The notes below the pieces were generated by a model. That model was not told the origin of the DNA. It searched no databases and was given only the letters and a program-made list of their open reading frames with translations. Shown in pieces: positions 42,001 to 51,980 of a DNA stretch of 64,000 nucleotides; within the stretch, counting starts at the first letter, position 1, and each line of letters begins with the position of its first letter. A program made the translations under genes and the position numbers. Location of the stretch: NCBI GenBank assembly GCA_012295275.1, contig CM022672.1:19592001-19656000 (forward strand), given 5' to 3'. Source of the stretch: Chrysomallon squamiferum. Its lineage: Eukaryota; Animalia; Mollusca.

Positions 42001-45000
42001 AGTATTGTTGTTATACTATTATTATTATTTTACCAGTTTTTAAAATGTAAAATATTAAATTGCCAGTAGTTATTGATGTGCAGCTGCATTTGTTTCCTAT
42101 TTGTTGTTTTTTTATCATTATTCTAAACCATATTTATGGGTGTTATATGCAGACATACAAACACACACTTACACACAGACACACACACACACAGATATGA
42201 ACTTGCATATGCAAATACACACAAATACACTGACAAACACAAATATATGCACCCACTCATAAATAAATTCATACACATATAAATATATATATCAGTATAT
42301 ACAGCTGTATGTACACAATCACATTAAATAACTTAGAAACTTTGTATACATGTCTGTATAAAATACAATTAGTATATACAACATTAAAAGTGGGTGGAGA
42401 AACAAGTGTTGGTTTTCAGTATGGATAACTTTTCTATTTCCCTTCAGTGATAAATATGCCAGATGTTTTTTTGTGTTTTTTTAAAAAGTAATTAGTTTTT
42501 GCCTCGTCAATCTTAGAAGTTTATCTCTTCAGCTTCCTCATCCTTCTAAAATGTTGATAATAATTCAGTGTCTTAATAGTACAGTAGTTATGCAGTCAGT
42601 CATGAGTCTAATAGATAAATGGTTCAAATCTTTGTATCAGCTCCAAACCAAAGCTTAAAGGGAATGGGGATTCCAGTGTAATATTTCTTCTGACTTATTT
42701 TCTAACAGATGAAAGATTATCTTCAATATTAATTAGGTATTCAGAATATATGTCATTTTTTTTCTTATGTGTAACATATATTTTAACATAATATTCATTG
42801 CCATAAATTAATTGCACAATAAAAATTGTTTAAAAAAAAAAAAGTATATAAATGAATATGTATGTGAGCAGAGTTATATTTTTGTTTTTCCTTCTGTGTG
42901 TTTATATTAAGAATTATAACTTACGTTTTCATTTTGTTTTTTTCACAGATACCCAAACACTCGACAATTCGCTTTAAGAAAAGTCGAATGCGGAAACAGT
43001 TTAAGGGACGGACAGTGGCAATTCCAGACAGCCACAACGTTGAGCAGTTTGCGAAATGGGTGCGGAAGAAATTCAAAGCTCTGACATCTTACAGTGAGGT
43101 GAAAGGAACCAGCATTGTTTTTCAAGTTGGTACAGGTAGGAAAATGATTTATCAAACTTTATATGCAAACTGGAATTTATGGATCTGTATTACATAACCT
43201 GTTGAGAGTCTTCAGTATCAGTAGCTAAAGTCATCTTTTATAATAGACTGAGCTGTAATGGTATAATAATGTAAGGTTTATCATATCAAATTTTCGTCAG
43301 ACATTTTAATGTATTATGCTTCTGTTGTAGTTCAGAATTTATGCATTACAAGTGAAAAACTTAAATTTGTTTTCTTGTTTTTCTTATTATTTCATTTCGT
43401 TCCTGTAAAAATACAGTAAGCAATATAATTTAGATTCAAAGCAATGACAATGATTGTTATGAGTTATTTGAAATCAGTTACTTTATACAAGTGAATGGTT
43501 GAGCAGTGTCAAGATTAGTGATCAGATATCAACTCTTTTTAGTTCTCCTTTCACTATCAAGTCAATACTCTAGAACTAGCTTTTCAAAGATCATTTCTGT
43601 CTGTGCATTTCTGTCTGTCTGACAGATTCTCTGCTTTTAAGTTTTTAAAAAGTGTATCTGTAGAGATAGCAGGTTTCCTGTGTAATTATTTGTGTTACAG
43701 TTATCTGCTTTGTGCAGTTATATTCTTGTAGAAACAAATGTGTTATGTATTTCTTCCCCTACTTCACACAGACCCCTATGCCAGTCGCGAATGCAATGTC
43801 ACAGATTTAATGGAGAGTCCTTTTGCAATGACATCACAGATGCAGCAGCAGCCCATCTCTGGCTGTGTAACATCAGGCAGGAAAAACTTCTTTGCCAAGT
43901 AAGTGTGACATACCTTACACAACCATTTTTATTAAGTTTTAATATTTTTGTTTTCAAAAAGAATAACTGTGTCTGTCACTTGGTAGAGAGAAAACTGTCT
44001 TTGTATTAAAATTGAAAATTTGTTTTATAATCTTGTTTTGTTTCTAGACAACCAAAGAAACATTTTTTTTTTTATTTCACCTTAAGTTTACCCTTCTCAA
44101 GACAACAAAGAATCATTTGTTTTTATTTTTATTTATTGTGTTGTTTTCTAGACCAGTCTACATTATTGAAATGCTGAAAGAGCCGTCTGATTCTGTGTAT
44201 GAAAAGAACTCTGTCGTGGAACTGGAAGTGACGTCTGCCAATGATGAGCCAATAGAAAAGATTTCTACCTGATAATAAAGTCTCCGTCAGGTCTCAGGTG
44301 GCATGTGCGGAGTCGAAAAGTCCAAGGATGGATCGACATTGTTGTAAGTGTCCCAAAATCTATTTGTGCAAATTTTTATATACATTTTATTTTGAGATGT
44401 TAAGACGTTTTGGTAGATTAAAAGATTCTAATATCTAAAAGCAGTTAAGAAAAGATAGATATAAAAACAACCCTTTGACATCTTGTGAATGTTTAACTTT
44501 GCTTAGTGAAGTTTATGAAATTTATCTCTTTTACTGGAAACATTTGTCTTCCATAATTGAAAAAAAAAGAAAAAAAGAAGAAGAAGCAGAAATTACCTCT
44601 CTTTGATTCAGAACACATTTATCTCCCTTTAACAGAGTACAGATTTACTTCCCATTAGTTAAGTACACATTTTTCGGTATTTAATTCAGTATATATTTAT
44701 CTCCCTTTAATTTACTGCACATGTCTCTCTCTAATTTAATACTATCTTTTTTCCCGCACATACTAATTAGTATTTTCATCCCTTTAGGTCAGTACATATT
44801 TACCTGTTATCAACTCAATATATATTTGTCTCTTTTTTTTTCTTCATATAATTAAAACCTAATTTTTTTTTCTCACATACATATAAAAAAATAATCTTTT
44901 TTCTTCACATAACTAAAATCTGATTTATTGTCTTTAATCAAGGACATGTTCATTGACTTTAACAACTCTGTGCATTTACTTGCAGACGGATGCTGAAGTT

Positions 45001-45776
45001 GACTTGAAGGGGATTCGCATGCACACTGTGGCTCTGCGGCGTGAAGTGATGGAGGCAACTGGGTCTGAGCTGATTAACTGGGCGGAGTACTACATCGCTC
45101 CTGTTGAATCGTACACCAGGGTTCCCACAGCAAACAGGATCAAACTGCTGTTATCCACCAACGGTGAGAGACTTTTACATCTGTGTAGTCTGAATAACAA
45201 CAGCAATGATATTGTAATCTGAATAACAACAGCAATAATATTGTAATCTGAATAACAGCAATCCTAATCTGAATAACAACAGCAATGATAAATGATATTG
45301 TAATCTGGATAACAACAGCAATAATATTGTAATCTGGATAACAACAGTAATCTGAACTGATAACAACAGCAATATTATTGTAATCTGGATAATAATATTA
45401 TAATAAAGCATTGTAATCTGTAACAATAGCAATAATATTATTTTTTTTAATTTTTCTTTAATGTTTCTGTTTCTGTTTCTTAAAGCATTTAAATAATAAT
45501 AATTATATATTAAAAATTTGTTGAGTATGTCTTTAAAGTTTTTCAAAAGTTTCTGTTCTTTGTGTTTGGTCAAATACATTTTCTGTTAGTTTATTTATTT
45601 AGTTTATCAATTAAATATTAGTTGGGTTTCAGAAATTCTGTGTAAGTAGTAATTTCATAAACCTTAAGATATTTACCCGTTGGTAATAAAATTAAAAGTA
45701 GTGTTTTATTTATCTATATAATTTTTTCATTTATTTTACAGAATAATTTTTATTTTACTCACATATGTAATATATC

Positions 45777-45813
<37 letters not shown>

Positions 45814-46115
45814 AAAATTATACTGTAGAATTACTCTATTTGTTATTGCATTTCATTTGGTGAATTTTAACTTACAGAAAAGAGAATGGGACCATCTCCA
45901 CCTTTCATGTCAGTGGGATCTAGGGGAGGTAACTCTGCAGTTCCTGAGAAACCGAAGGAGATGAAAGACCACATCAAGGAGATCATTCACACTCACTGTT
46001 TTAATGGCAGGATGGAAATCTCCATTCCTAAATACCTCTTGCAGGTTTAAATGTTTTCTTTTATCTGAGAATGAATTAATTTACATGTATTTAGACAAAT
46101 GTGAAAAACTATTTC

Positions 46116-46158
<43 letters not shown>

Positions 46159-49100
46159 AAGTGTTATGTATATATGTATGTTATATATATATATAGATGT
46201 GTTTGCATATAACATGTAATGTATAATAATGTATTTATGTATGTGTGTGTGTGTGTATGTATCTATGTATGCATGCATGAATGCATACTTGTATATGCAC
46301 ACACATATTATACAAAACCTGTAGAGAAATGCAAATGTAAATGCCATTTTCACCAAATAATAAATTTTGATCTAAAAAAATACTTACTAGGAAAAACAAG
46401 ATTTGTTATTACTGATGACATTTGTAGTTATACTTTTGTTTCATTTAGTTTATTCATTTTTTTGTATTATTATTTATTTTATTGATTTTTTGTTGTTATT
46501 ATTATTATTATTATTATTTTTGTTTTCCTTTACAGCAATTGGGTCTTGTTAAGGAGCAGATAACTCTGTTGGATCCTTCTTGTATGACAACAGCAAATTC
46601 CTCCCATGTTATTCTGAGAACCGCCCTCACTGAATGTCGAACAAAGTTTTTGCAAGTGGATGATGACCATGTGTATTCCAATGCTGTAAATTTATTTCTT
46701 TCTTATTCTTCTTTTGTGAGAAAATATGAATTTAATAACACACAATACCATAAATATTTTGAAAAACTGATGTGAGATATATATAGTAAATAATGAAGAA
46801 AAAAGTGTCATTAATGAAGACAGAAAATTTTTAGTGCATAAATTCCAGGATTGTGACTACTGCTACTATTATTATACTTCTGCTACTTTTATGATTAATA
46901 TTACAACAATGCTACTGTTACTACCACTGTTACTGCTACTGCTGTTAATAATTATAGTAAAGATAATAATCATAAGAAAGTAGTTGCTTCTTGCGTCTAA
47001 TAATTTCAGGACAATATTAATCTGTTTATTTTGTTTGTCAATTAAAAAACATAATTAAATATTTTTTTTCATCTAATATCAGAGAGAAAACATTTTTCTT
47101 TGAGAACTGAAATGATAGACCTCATAAATTATTTATAGCCTAGTAATTATCAAAAAAAAAATAATAATAATAATAATATTGATAAATAAAATAAAAACAA
47201 CTTTAGTGGATTGTCTGAAAACTTAATGTTAGAAATAATAATTTTATTATCTCATTTTATTTGGTGTGATTAAAGATTAAAACTTATTATTAATGCAGAC
47301 TAAAAAAAAAAAAATGAAATAAAATGATTATAATTATTTTTTTTAATGATTCTTAATTTTTTGCTTTTCTGACACAGATTGTGATCCGAGCTCCAGATGT
47401 GGCAGACACTTTGATGGATGAACTCGGCAGTGCATTCGTTGATGTTCCAGAGATGTCTGGATCTGGATCACATGATCCGAGCGATGGAACCTACTTTGAC
47501 GATGAAGACTTTGACCAGAGTGTTCAGATAGACGTCCAGTGTAAAGTGCCCATGAAAGACATCACAAGTGTCGACATTGAGGTAATATTAATTGAAATTA
47601 TTTTTATTCTCAGTAATTACATTAATTAGAGTAAATTTTCTCGATATTGACATTAGTAAAAGTAATTTTTTTTCTTAATATTTACATTAATTAATTTTTT
47701 ACTCAATATTTACATTAATTAATGTAATTTTATCAGTATTTTCATTAAAGTCATATTACCTCAATATTTTTATTAGTTAAAGTAATTTTTTTCTCAATAT
47801 TTCTCAATATTTTTATTAATTAAAGCAGTTTTTTTCTCAATATTTCTTAATATTTTTATTAATTAAAGCAGTTTTTTTCTCAATATTTGATTTAGTTGAA
47901 GCAATTTTTTTAATCAATATTTTCATTGGTTAAAGTCATTGTTTTTCTAAATATTTTCATTAGTTACAGTAATTGTTTTTCTTAAAATTTACATTAATTA
48001 AAGTAATTTTTTCTCTCAGTATTTTCATTAGTTAAAGTTATTTTTTCTCTCAATATTTTTATTAGTCAAAGCAACTTTTTCACAACATTCATAAATGAAT
48101 TAATTTTATCACTATTATTATTAATTTTCTCAATATTTACATTAATTAATAATTTCTTACATTGTCATTAGATACTGACACTGTTATTAATTATATCGTT
48201 CAGTAGTGTAACACATTTATTATTATATATACCAAGTCTGTTATTTAATTCTGACACTGAAGATTTTGTTGATCTAAACACTAATGTTAATGTTAACACA
48301 GAATTCAACAGACAAAGTAAAAGCCGGTGCAGACCGATACATTCTGGAGATGTTTCGGGACGTGACAATGAAACAAAGCATCCAGTTTCCTGTCATGTTG
48401 ACAGAGAACACCAGGATCTACATACAGGCAGCCACAGTCACTGGTTAGCTTACATTCTCTTTGTTTCACACCTATTATATATATTGTTTTTTTATGATTT
48501 GGAAGATTATGATATTCTGTTCTTATTTGTTTTTAAGTATTTGTTGACTCTTATATTTACATATATTTTTTAAATTTTTAAAATTTTTAAAAAACATTTT
48601 TGAGTGAATTGGGAAGATTATAAAATTCTATTTGTTTTTAAACATTTGATGATTGTTTATATTCTTCTTTTTTATATGGGGAGATTATATTATTCTGTTT
48701 CTGTTTGTTTTCAAACTTTTGATGACTGTTTATCTAAAAATATACATATATATATTTTAGAAGATTTAAAATTCTTTTTCTGTTTGTTTTCAAACATTTG
48801 ATTACTGTTTTGTTGTTGTTGTTGGTTTTTTGACAACTTGGAAGATTAAAATATTCTACTTCTGTTTGTTTGTTTTTAAATATTGTGACTTTTTACATTT
48901 TATTCTGAATTGGGAAGAATCCAGAATCCTATTTCTGATTGTTTGGTATTAACTTTGTGGCTATACCTTTCCTTGTATATAATTCATATATAAAGATTGA
49001 GAAAAAAATTTGAACCCATTATTTAGTTTCGCTACTGGCTGTTTTGGTTAAATAGTATTAGAACAAAAAAGTTGTGGATTTTTTTTTCCAAAAAGTTGAA

Positions 49101-50512
49101 TTCAGTGACATCATCTAAATACATGTGCAGTTTTGTTCACCTTTCAGAATATATATACTTGTCTTATGAAATGAAATCACATTTAAAAAAATGCCATAGG
49201 GAATTAATGAATTGATTGTTGCTAATGTTTTTGTTTTGCTAGCTAAACATGTGTTTTTTTACTTATTTTCCAGACACAAATATTGCTGTACAAATAAAAA
49301 ACTGCTGGGTTTCTCAAGAAAAGCAGTCAGACAAGATGGCCAAAAGCATAATATTGATACAAGACAGGTAGTTAATAAGTTTTTAGATCAAGTTATTATT
49401 ATTATTTTTAATTTATTTATATTTGAGCCAATAATTTTAAATCACAAACAGGCTGTTGCTTTCAGAAATGTTTAGGCTTAGTTTTTAATGATGAATTATT
49501 ACTTTATAAGCTTGACAATATGTGAACATCTGTGCATAATGCAGTGCAGACTGAGTTGACATGCTAATATATTACATGCTTTGCCTTTGTAAAAAAAATC
49601 CTAATATTTACATAGAACTCTTGTTTAGTTATTGCAAATGGAATTCTAATATCTACTCTTGCTAATAGACTAATCTGTTTACAAAGATTTTATGTTTAAG
49701 TCTTGACACAGAAGCTGTTTTAAGATTTAGTTTAGGAATTTTGCATCTGTGACAGATATTTATTCATCATTGAAATGATTCACTTAAGTCATTTTCCATC
49801 CTCTTTAACAACTTTTGCTTTGTCAAACAGCTGTGCTGTAGAAGGCAGCCTTTTATGGGAGACACCAACTCGGTCTACGGGTACGAAACACAGTACCTTC
49901 AGTTTCACAGTGCACGATTTCTTCACGTCTGGACGATACAACTATCTGCACTGTGAGTTGTCTCCCTGCCGTCACCTCACTGCACATGGTCACCACTCCA
50001 TCCCACAGTGCAGACACTCCGAGAAGAAGATCTGCCAGAAATCCTCCATGTCTGGGGTTCAACTCCCGCTTTCTATCCAAGCCTTGAGATCAGGACATTT
50101 CAACAACATAGTGACGATTGGACCATGGGAAATTACTGACAAGGAATTAAATATAGCAATTCCAGGACGTAAGAGTCTGAAATTTCTTATTCCAAAATTT
50201 TAAAATAATTTTTCTTTTTCTCCTCTTGTCTGATAGTTGGATTTTTTGATAGTGATTAAATAAAATAAATATCTTCTCTGGTTAATTTTTCATTAGTAAG
50301 ACTGTAAAGTCTAAATTTTTATTTTTTATTTTACATATTACTGTTGTTTATTCTTCTTTTTTTTTGAAAATAAGTTGCAAGTTTATTTTAAAATCTTGCA
50401 TAATCAGTCAACCATACTCTTTTGATTGATATTTAAAAAAAAATATTTGTAAAAAAGATGTTCTTTTTGTACATTTCTCTCTTTAATGTAACATTTTTTC
50501 TCTTTTCAAACA

Positions 50513-50547
<35 letters not shown>

Positions 50548-50834
50548 AATAATTATAAATTAAATGTAAAAAATAAACAAAACATAATTTTTTTTTTCTT
50601 TCTGACAGTATCTCCACAAATACGATAATAAATATTTCTTTTTCTTTTTTCAGTTAAGAATAAATTTGACTTTATTTACTTATTTATGATAAATTTTTGT
50701 TTGTTTTGTAAATATGATTTGCTAAAAATGTTTATTATTATTATTATTATTGTTGTTGTTGTTGTTTTTTTTGTTGTTATCATTATTATTATGATTATCA
50801 TTATGACAATTATTATTATTATTATTATTATTAT

Positions 50835-50865
<31 letters not shown>

Positions 50866-51799
50866 GAAGTTGTGGCATCATCATTATCTTTAGTATTTTT
50901 ATTATTATTATTATATATTGTTCTGGTTGTTATCATCATTATTGTTATCATTATTATTGTTTATTATTTTCATTTTTATTACTATTTCTTATTATTATTA
51001 TTATTATTACTATTATTATTACTATTACTATTATTATTATTATTATTATTATTACTATTACTATTACTATTACTTTTATTATTGTTATTGTTTTTGTTAT
51101 GTTATTGTTATTGTTATTGTTATTATTAGGAGATACATCAAACGGAGGCAGCTACACGTCAGACAAATCTGCCAGGTCTGAAGACGACACCAGCACGCCA
51201 CCCCAGCAGAGCGTCATCATCGAGGGTCTCGATTCCGCGACTGTTGTCGGAATTGCATTCGCAGCTTTCACAATTGGCATTTTGCTGACAGCTGCCTTGT
51301 GGTTTATTCATACCCACACAGGTTTGTTTGTTTGTTGTTTGTTGTTTTTTCCCCTTCCCTTCATTACCAGGAATTCAGATAATTGTCAATAACAGCAGCG
51401 ATATATTTTTAAACTATATGTGTGTATAGTATATATAGTTTAAATTTCTAAATTTCTTTCATAGAGTTTCTGAAATTGATTTAATTATTTTTACATCTGA
51501 ATTAATTAATTTAATTTTCTTTAAAAAAAACTTTTTGAAAAATTACCAAATTAATCTTTTGTTTCGGTATGGGTAGCAGTTTTAGTTATAACTTTGGATG
51601 AAATTTTATTGTAGAATTAAGTTTTTAAAAAAATAATATTAAAAAAAAAGCAACATTTTAAAAAAAACTAAAAAAGCCCTACAAACAAATAAAAACTAGA
51701 AAATTTCTTTCAATTTAACTTTTAAGTTTTGATTATTTTGTTTTAATTATTATTATTATTTTATTATTATTACTATTATTATTATTATTATTATTATTA

Positions 51800-51830
<31 letters not shown>

Positions 51831-51926
51831 CTAACAGGTCCAAGAAAGCGAGGTGTGACATCCCAGGGGTCTGCAGACACCAGTGGGGATTTGACCCCAA
51901 ATTCTCTGTCACCAATCTCCGCTTAA
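19475..51926 (+). CDS. TGFBR3: TGF-beta receptor type 3 (betaglycan/endoglin family) gene, 14 coding exons in window, 5'-incomplete; join(19475-19696,20984-21108,42949-43135,43772-43898,44152-44343,44986-45163,45878-46044,46536-46685,47378-47581,48302-48443,49274-49367,49831-50168,51130-51321,51838-51926)
   Basis: All exons have AG/GT boundaries with matching phases, apart from a 1-nt deficit inside 44152-44343. The translation matches vertebrate betaglycan motifs recalled from memory: [68 protein letters not shown], 4+6 ZP cysteines, and [33 protein letters not shown]. Confidence 0.93.
20470..20938. repeat. (CATC)n/(ATCC)n-derived satellite immediately upstream of the 20984 exon
   Basis: Direct reading; explains the HPSI-repeat ORFs. 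Confidence 0.92.
20984..21108 (+). CDS. TGFBR3: TGFBR3 exon ([42 protein letters not shown])
   Basis: ttttttccag| acceptor, GTG|gtaagt donor, 125 bp, phase 1-0. Parallels betaglycan VVFLLNS..LVW....RLFLV. Confidence 0.92.
22420..22730. repeat. 35-bp minisatellite CATCCATTTATCTAAACATCCATCTATCCATCACT, derived from (CATC)n
   Basis: About 5 tandem copies at 22430-22610, followed by a decaying tail. Confidence 0.88.
28040..29180. repeat. T-rich degenerate minisatellite, about 30-bp unit TTTTTCTGTGATTTTTCTATTTCTTTACTG
   Basis: The motifs ttctttactg and gtgatttttc recur dozens of times over 1.1 kb. Confidence 0.85.
32422..32611. repeat. Long inverted repeat / fold-back element (about 70-bp arms, (TA)n-containing loop), MITE-like
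   Basis: AATTCCTCAAGCATCTGAGCATGCTATTTAGATATG at 32422-32457 is the reverse complement of 32575-32611 with one mismatch and one indel. Pairing continues inward for about 35 more bases. Confidence 0.88.
33020..33238. repeat. (AC)n plus (AG)n microsatellite
   Basis: Direct reading. Confidence 0.95.
33641..33730 (-). mobile_element. Degenerate SINE-like fragment
   Basis: ggctact..ttagcagaaagggatattttatgtgcacc..acagacag..gcac..accgcagactttgata resembles an abundant gastropod tRNA-derived SINE body (from memory, unverified). It is related in inverted orientation to 35740-35885. Confidence 0.5.
35740..35885 (+). mobile_element. Degenerate SINE-like fragment, same family as 33641-33730 in opposite orientation
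   Basis: ATAAAAGATCCATTGCTG (about 35866-35883) is the reverse complement of CAGAAAGGGATATTTTAT (about 33665-33682) at 15/18 positions. Upstream cgttcca..atcaaag..ctgtcct also fits the remembered family. Confidence 0.45.
35920..36360. repeat. (TATG)n/(TG/TA)n compound microsatellite
   Basis: Direct reading. Confidence 0.9.
39380..40200. repeat. Purine-rich degenerate minisatellite, about 60-bp alternating units (GGGATATTTATTAGGAAAATAGAAGTATTAAAAT...AAAAAGAAGG)
   Basis: The motifs gatatttat, aaaatagaagtattaaaa and aaaagaagg recur periodically. Confidence 0.8.
42949..43135 (+). CDS. TGFBR3: TGFBR3 exon ([21 protein letters not shown]...[29 protein letters not shown])
   Basis: tttttttcacag| acceptor, CAG|gtagga donor, 187 bp, phase 0-1. 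Parallels LLNWARKEYGAVTSFTEL...IYIKVG. Confidence 0.92.
43772..43898 (+). CDS. TGFBR3: TGFBR3 exon ([43 protein letters not shown])
   Basis: cttcacacag| acceptor, AA|gtaagt donor, 127 bp, phase 1-2. Carries two conserved orphan-domain cysteines (CN, GCV). Confidence 0.9.
44152..44343 (+). CDS. TGFBR3: TGFBR3 exon with apparent 1-nt deletion ([10 protein letters not shown]...ANDEPIEK / [28 protein letters not shown])
   Basis: ttgttttctag| acceptor, GTT|gtaagt donor. Homology lies in the entry frame up to about 44260 and in the -1 frame after it. The entry frame hits TGA at 44270-44272. The exon is 192 bp but 193 are needed to join its neighbours. Confidence 0.88.
44986..45163 (+). CDS. TGFBR3: TGFBR3 exon, end of orphan domain (TDAEVDLKG...[32 protein letters not shown])
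   Basis: ttacttgcag| acceptor, ACG|gtgaga donor, 178 bp, phase 0-1. Parallels NLVKWA..GYSPITSYT.APVANRFHL. Confidence 0.93.
45185..45440. repeat. About 29-bp minisatellite TCTGAATAACAACAGCAATAATATTGTAA
   Basis: About 8 copies, starting about 25 bp after the 45163 donor. Confidence 0.9.
45878..46044 (+). CDS. TGFBR3: TGFBR3 exon, linker and start of ZP-N ([18 protein letters not shown]...[21 protein letters not shown])
   Basis: aacttacag| acceptor, CAG|gtttaa donor, 167 bp, phase 1-0. Contains the ZP Cys1 motif CxxxxMxIxIxK. Confidence 0.9.
46536..46685 (+). CDS. TGFBR3: TGFBR3 exon, ZP-N ([37 protein letters not shown]...VYSNA)
   Basis: ttcctttacag| acceptor, GCT|gtaaat donor, 150 bp, phase 0-0. 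Contains the TLLDPxC, LxxCxT and YxN ZP-N motifs. Confidence 0.93.
47378..47581 (+). CDS. TGFBR3: TGFBR3 exon, acidic GAG-attachment loop and ZP-N Cys4 (IVIRAPD...[32 protein letters not shown]...DIE)
   Basis: ttctgacacag| acceptor, GAG|gtaata donor, 204 bp, phase 0-0. Ser-Gly-Ser-Gly in a D/E-rich context, at the same position as the betaglycan GAG sites. Confidence 0.92.
47582..48150. repeat. About 32-bp AT-rich minisatellite TTTTTCTCAATATTTTCATTAGTTAAAGTAA
   Basis: More than 15 diverged copies filling most of this intron. Confidence 0.88.
48302..48443 (+). CDS. TGFBR3: TGFBR3 exon, start of ZP-C ([20 protein letters not shown]...[19 protein letters not shown])
   Basis: gttaacacag| acceptor with a weak pyrimidine tract, CTG|gttagc donor, 142 bp, phase 0-1. 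Parallels FNMELY...VPENGHVYVEVSV. Confidence 0.82.
49274..49367 (+). CDS. TGFBR3: TGFBR3 exon, ZP-C ([32 protein letters not shown])
   Basis: ttattttccag| acceptor, CAG|gtagtt donor, 94 bp, phase 1-2. Contains the IxxCWxS ZP-C motif. Confidence 0.9.
49831..50168 (+). CDS. TGFBR3: TGFBR3 exon, ZP-C and external hydrophobic patch region (CAVEGSLLW...TFSFTV...YLHCELSPC...PQC...IC...[10 protein letters not shown]...IPG)
   Basis: tttgtcaaacag| acceptor, GAC|gtaaga donor, 338 bp, phase 2-1. Contains FSF, YLHCEL.xC and a GPxxI EHP-like motif. Confidence 0.93.
50730..51128. repeat. (TTA/TTG/TAG)n microsatellite abutting the TM-exon acceptor
   Basis: Direct reading. Confidence 0.93.
51130..51321 (+). 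CDS. TGFBR3: TGFBR3 exon, juxtamembrane and transmembrane helix (…[35 protein letters not shown])
   Basis: tattag| acceptor with an alternative NAGNAG acceptor 3 nt downstream, CAG|gtttgt donor, 192 bp, phase 1-1. Near identical to the betaglycan TM [33 protein letters not shown]. Confidence 0.95.
51838..51926 (+). CDS. TGFBR3: TGFBR3 last coding exon, Ser/Thr-rich cytoplasmic tail ([29 protein letters not shown])
   Basis: ttctaacag| acceptor, phase 1, TAA at 51924-51926. Confidence 0.88.
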
Positions 51927-51980
51927 ACACTGTGTGACGAGTGAGCTGTCAGGATCAACAAAACAGCTCATTCATAATCC

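Noticed and set aside
19475-51926. Calling the gene a pseudogene
   Set aside because: There is only one lesion, at a homopolymer; all other exons, cysteines and splice sites are intact.
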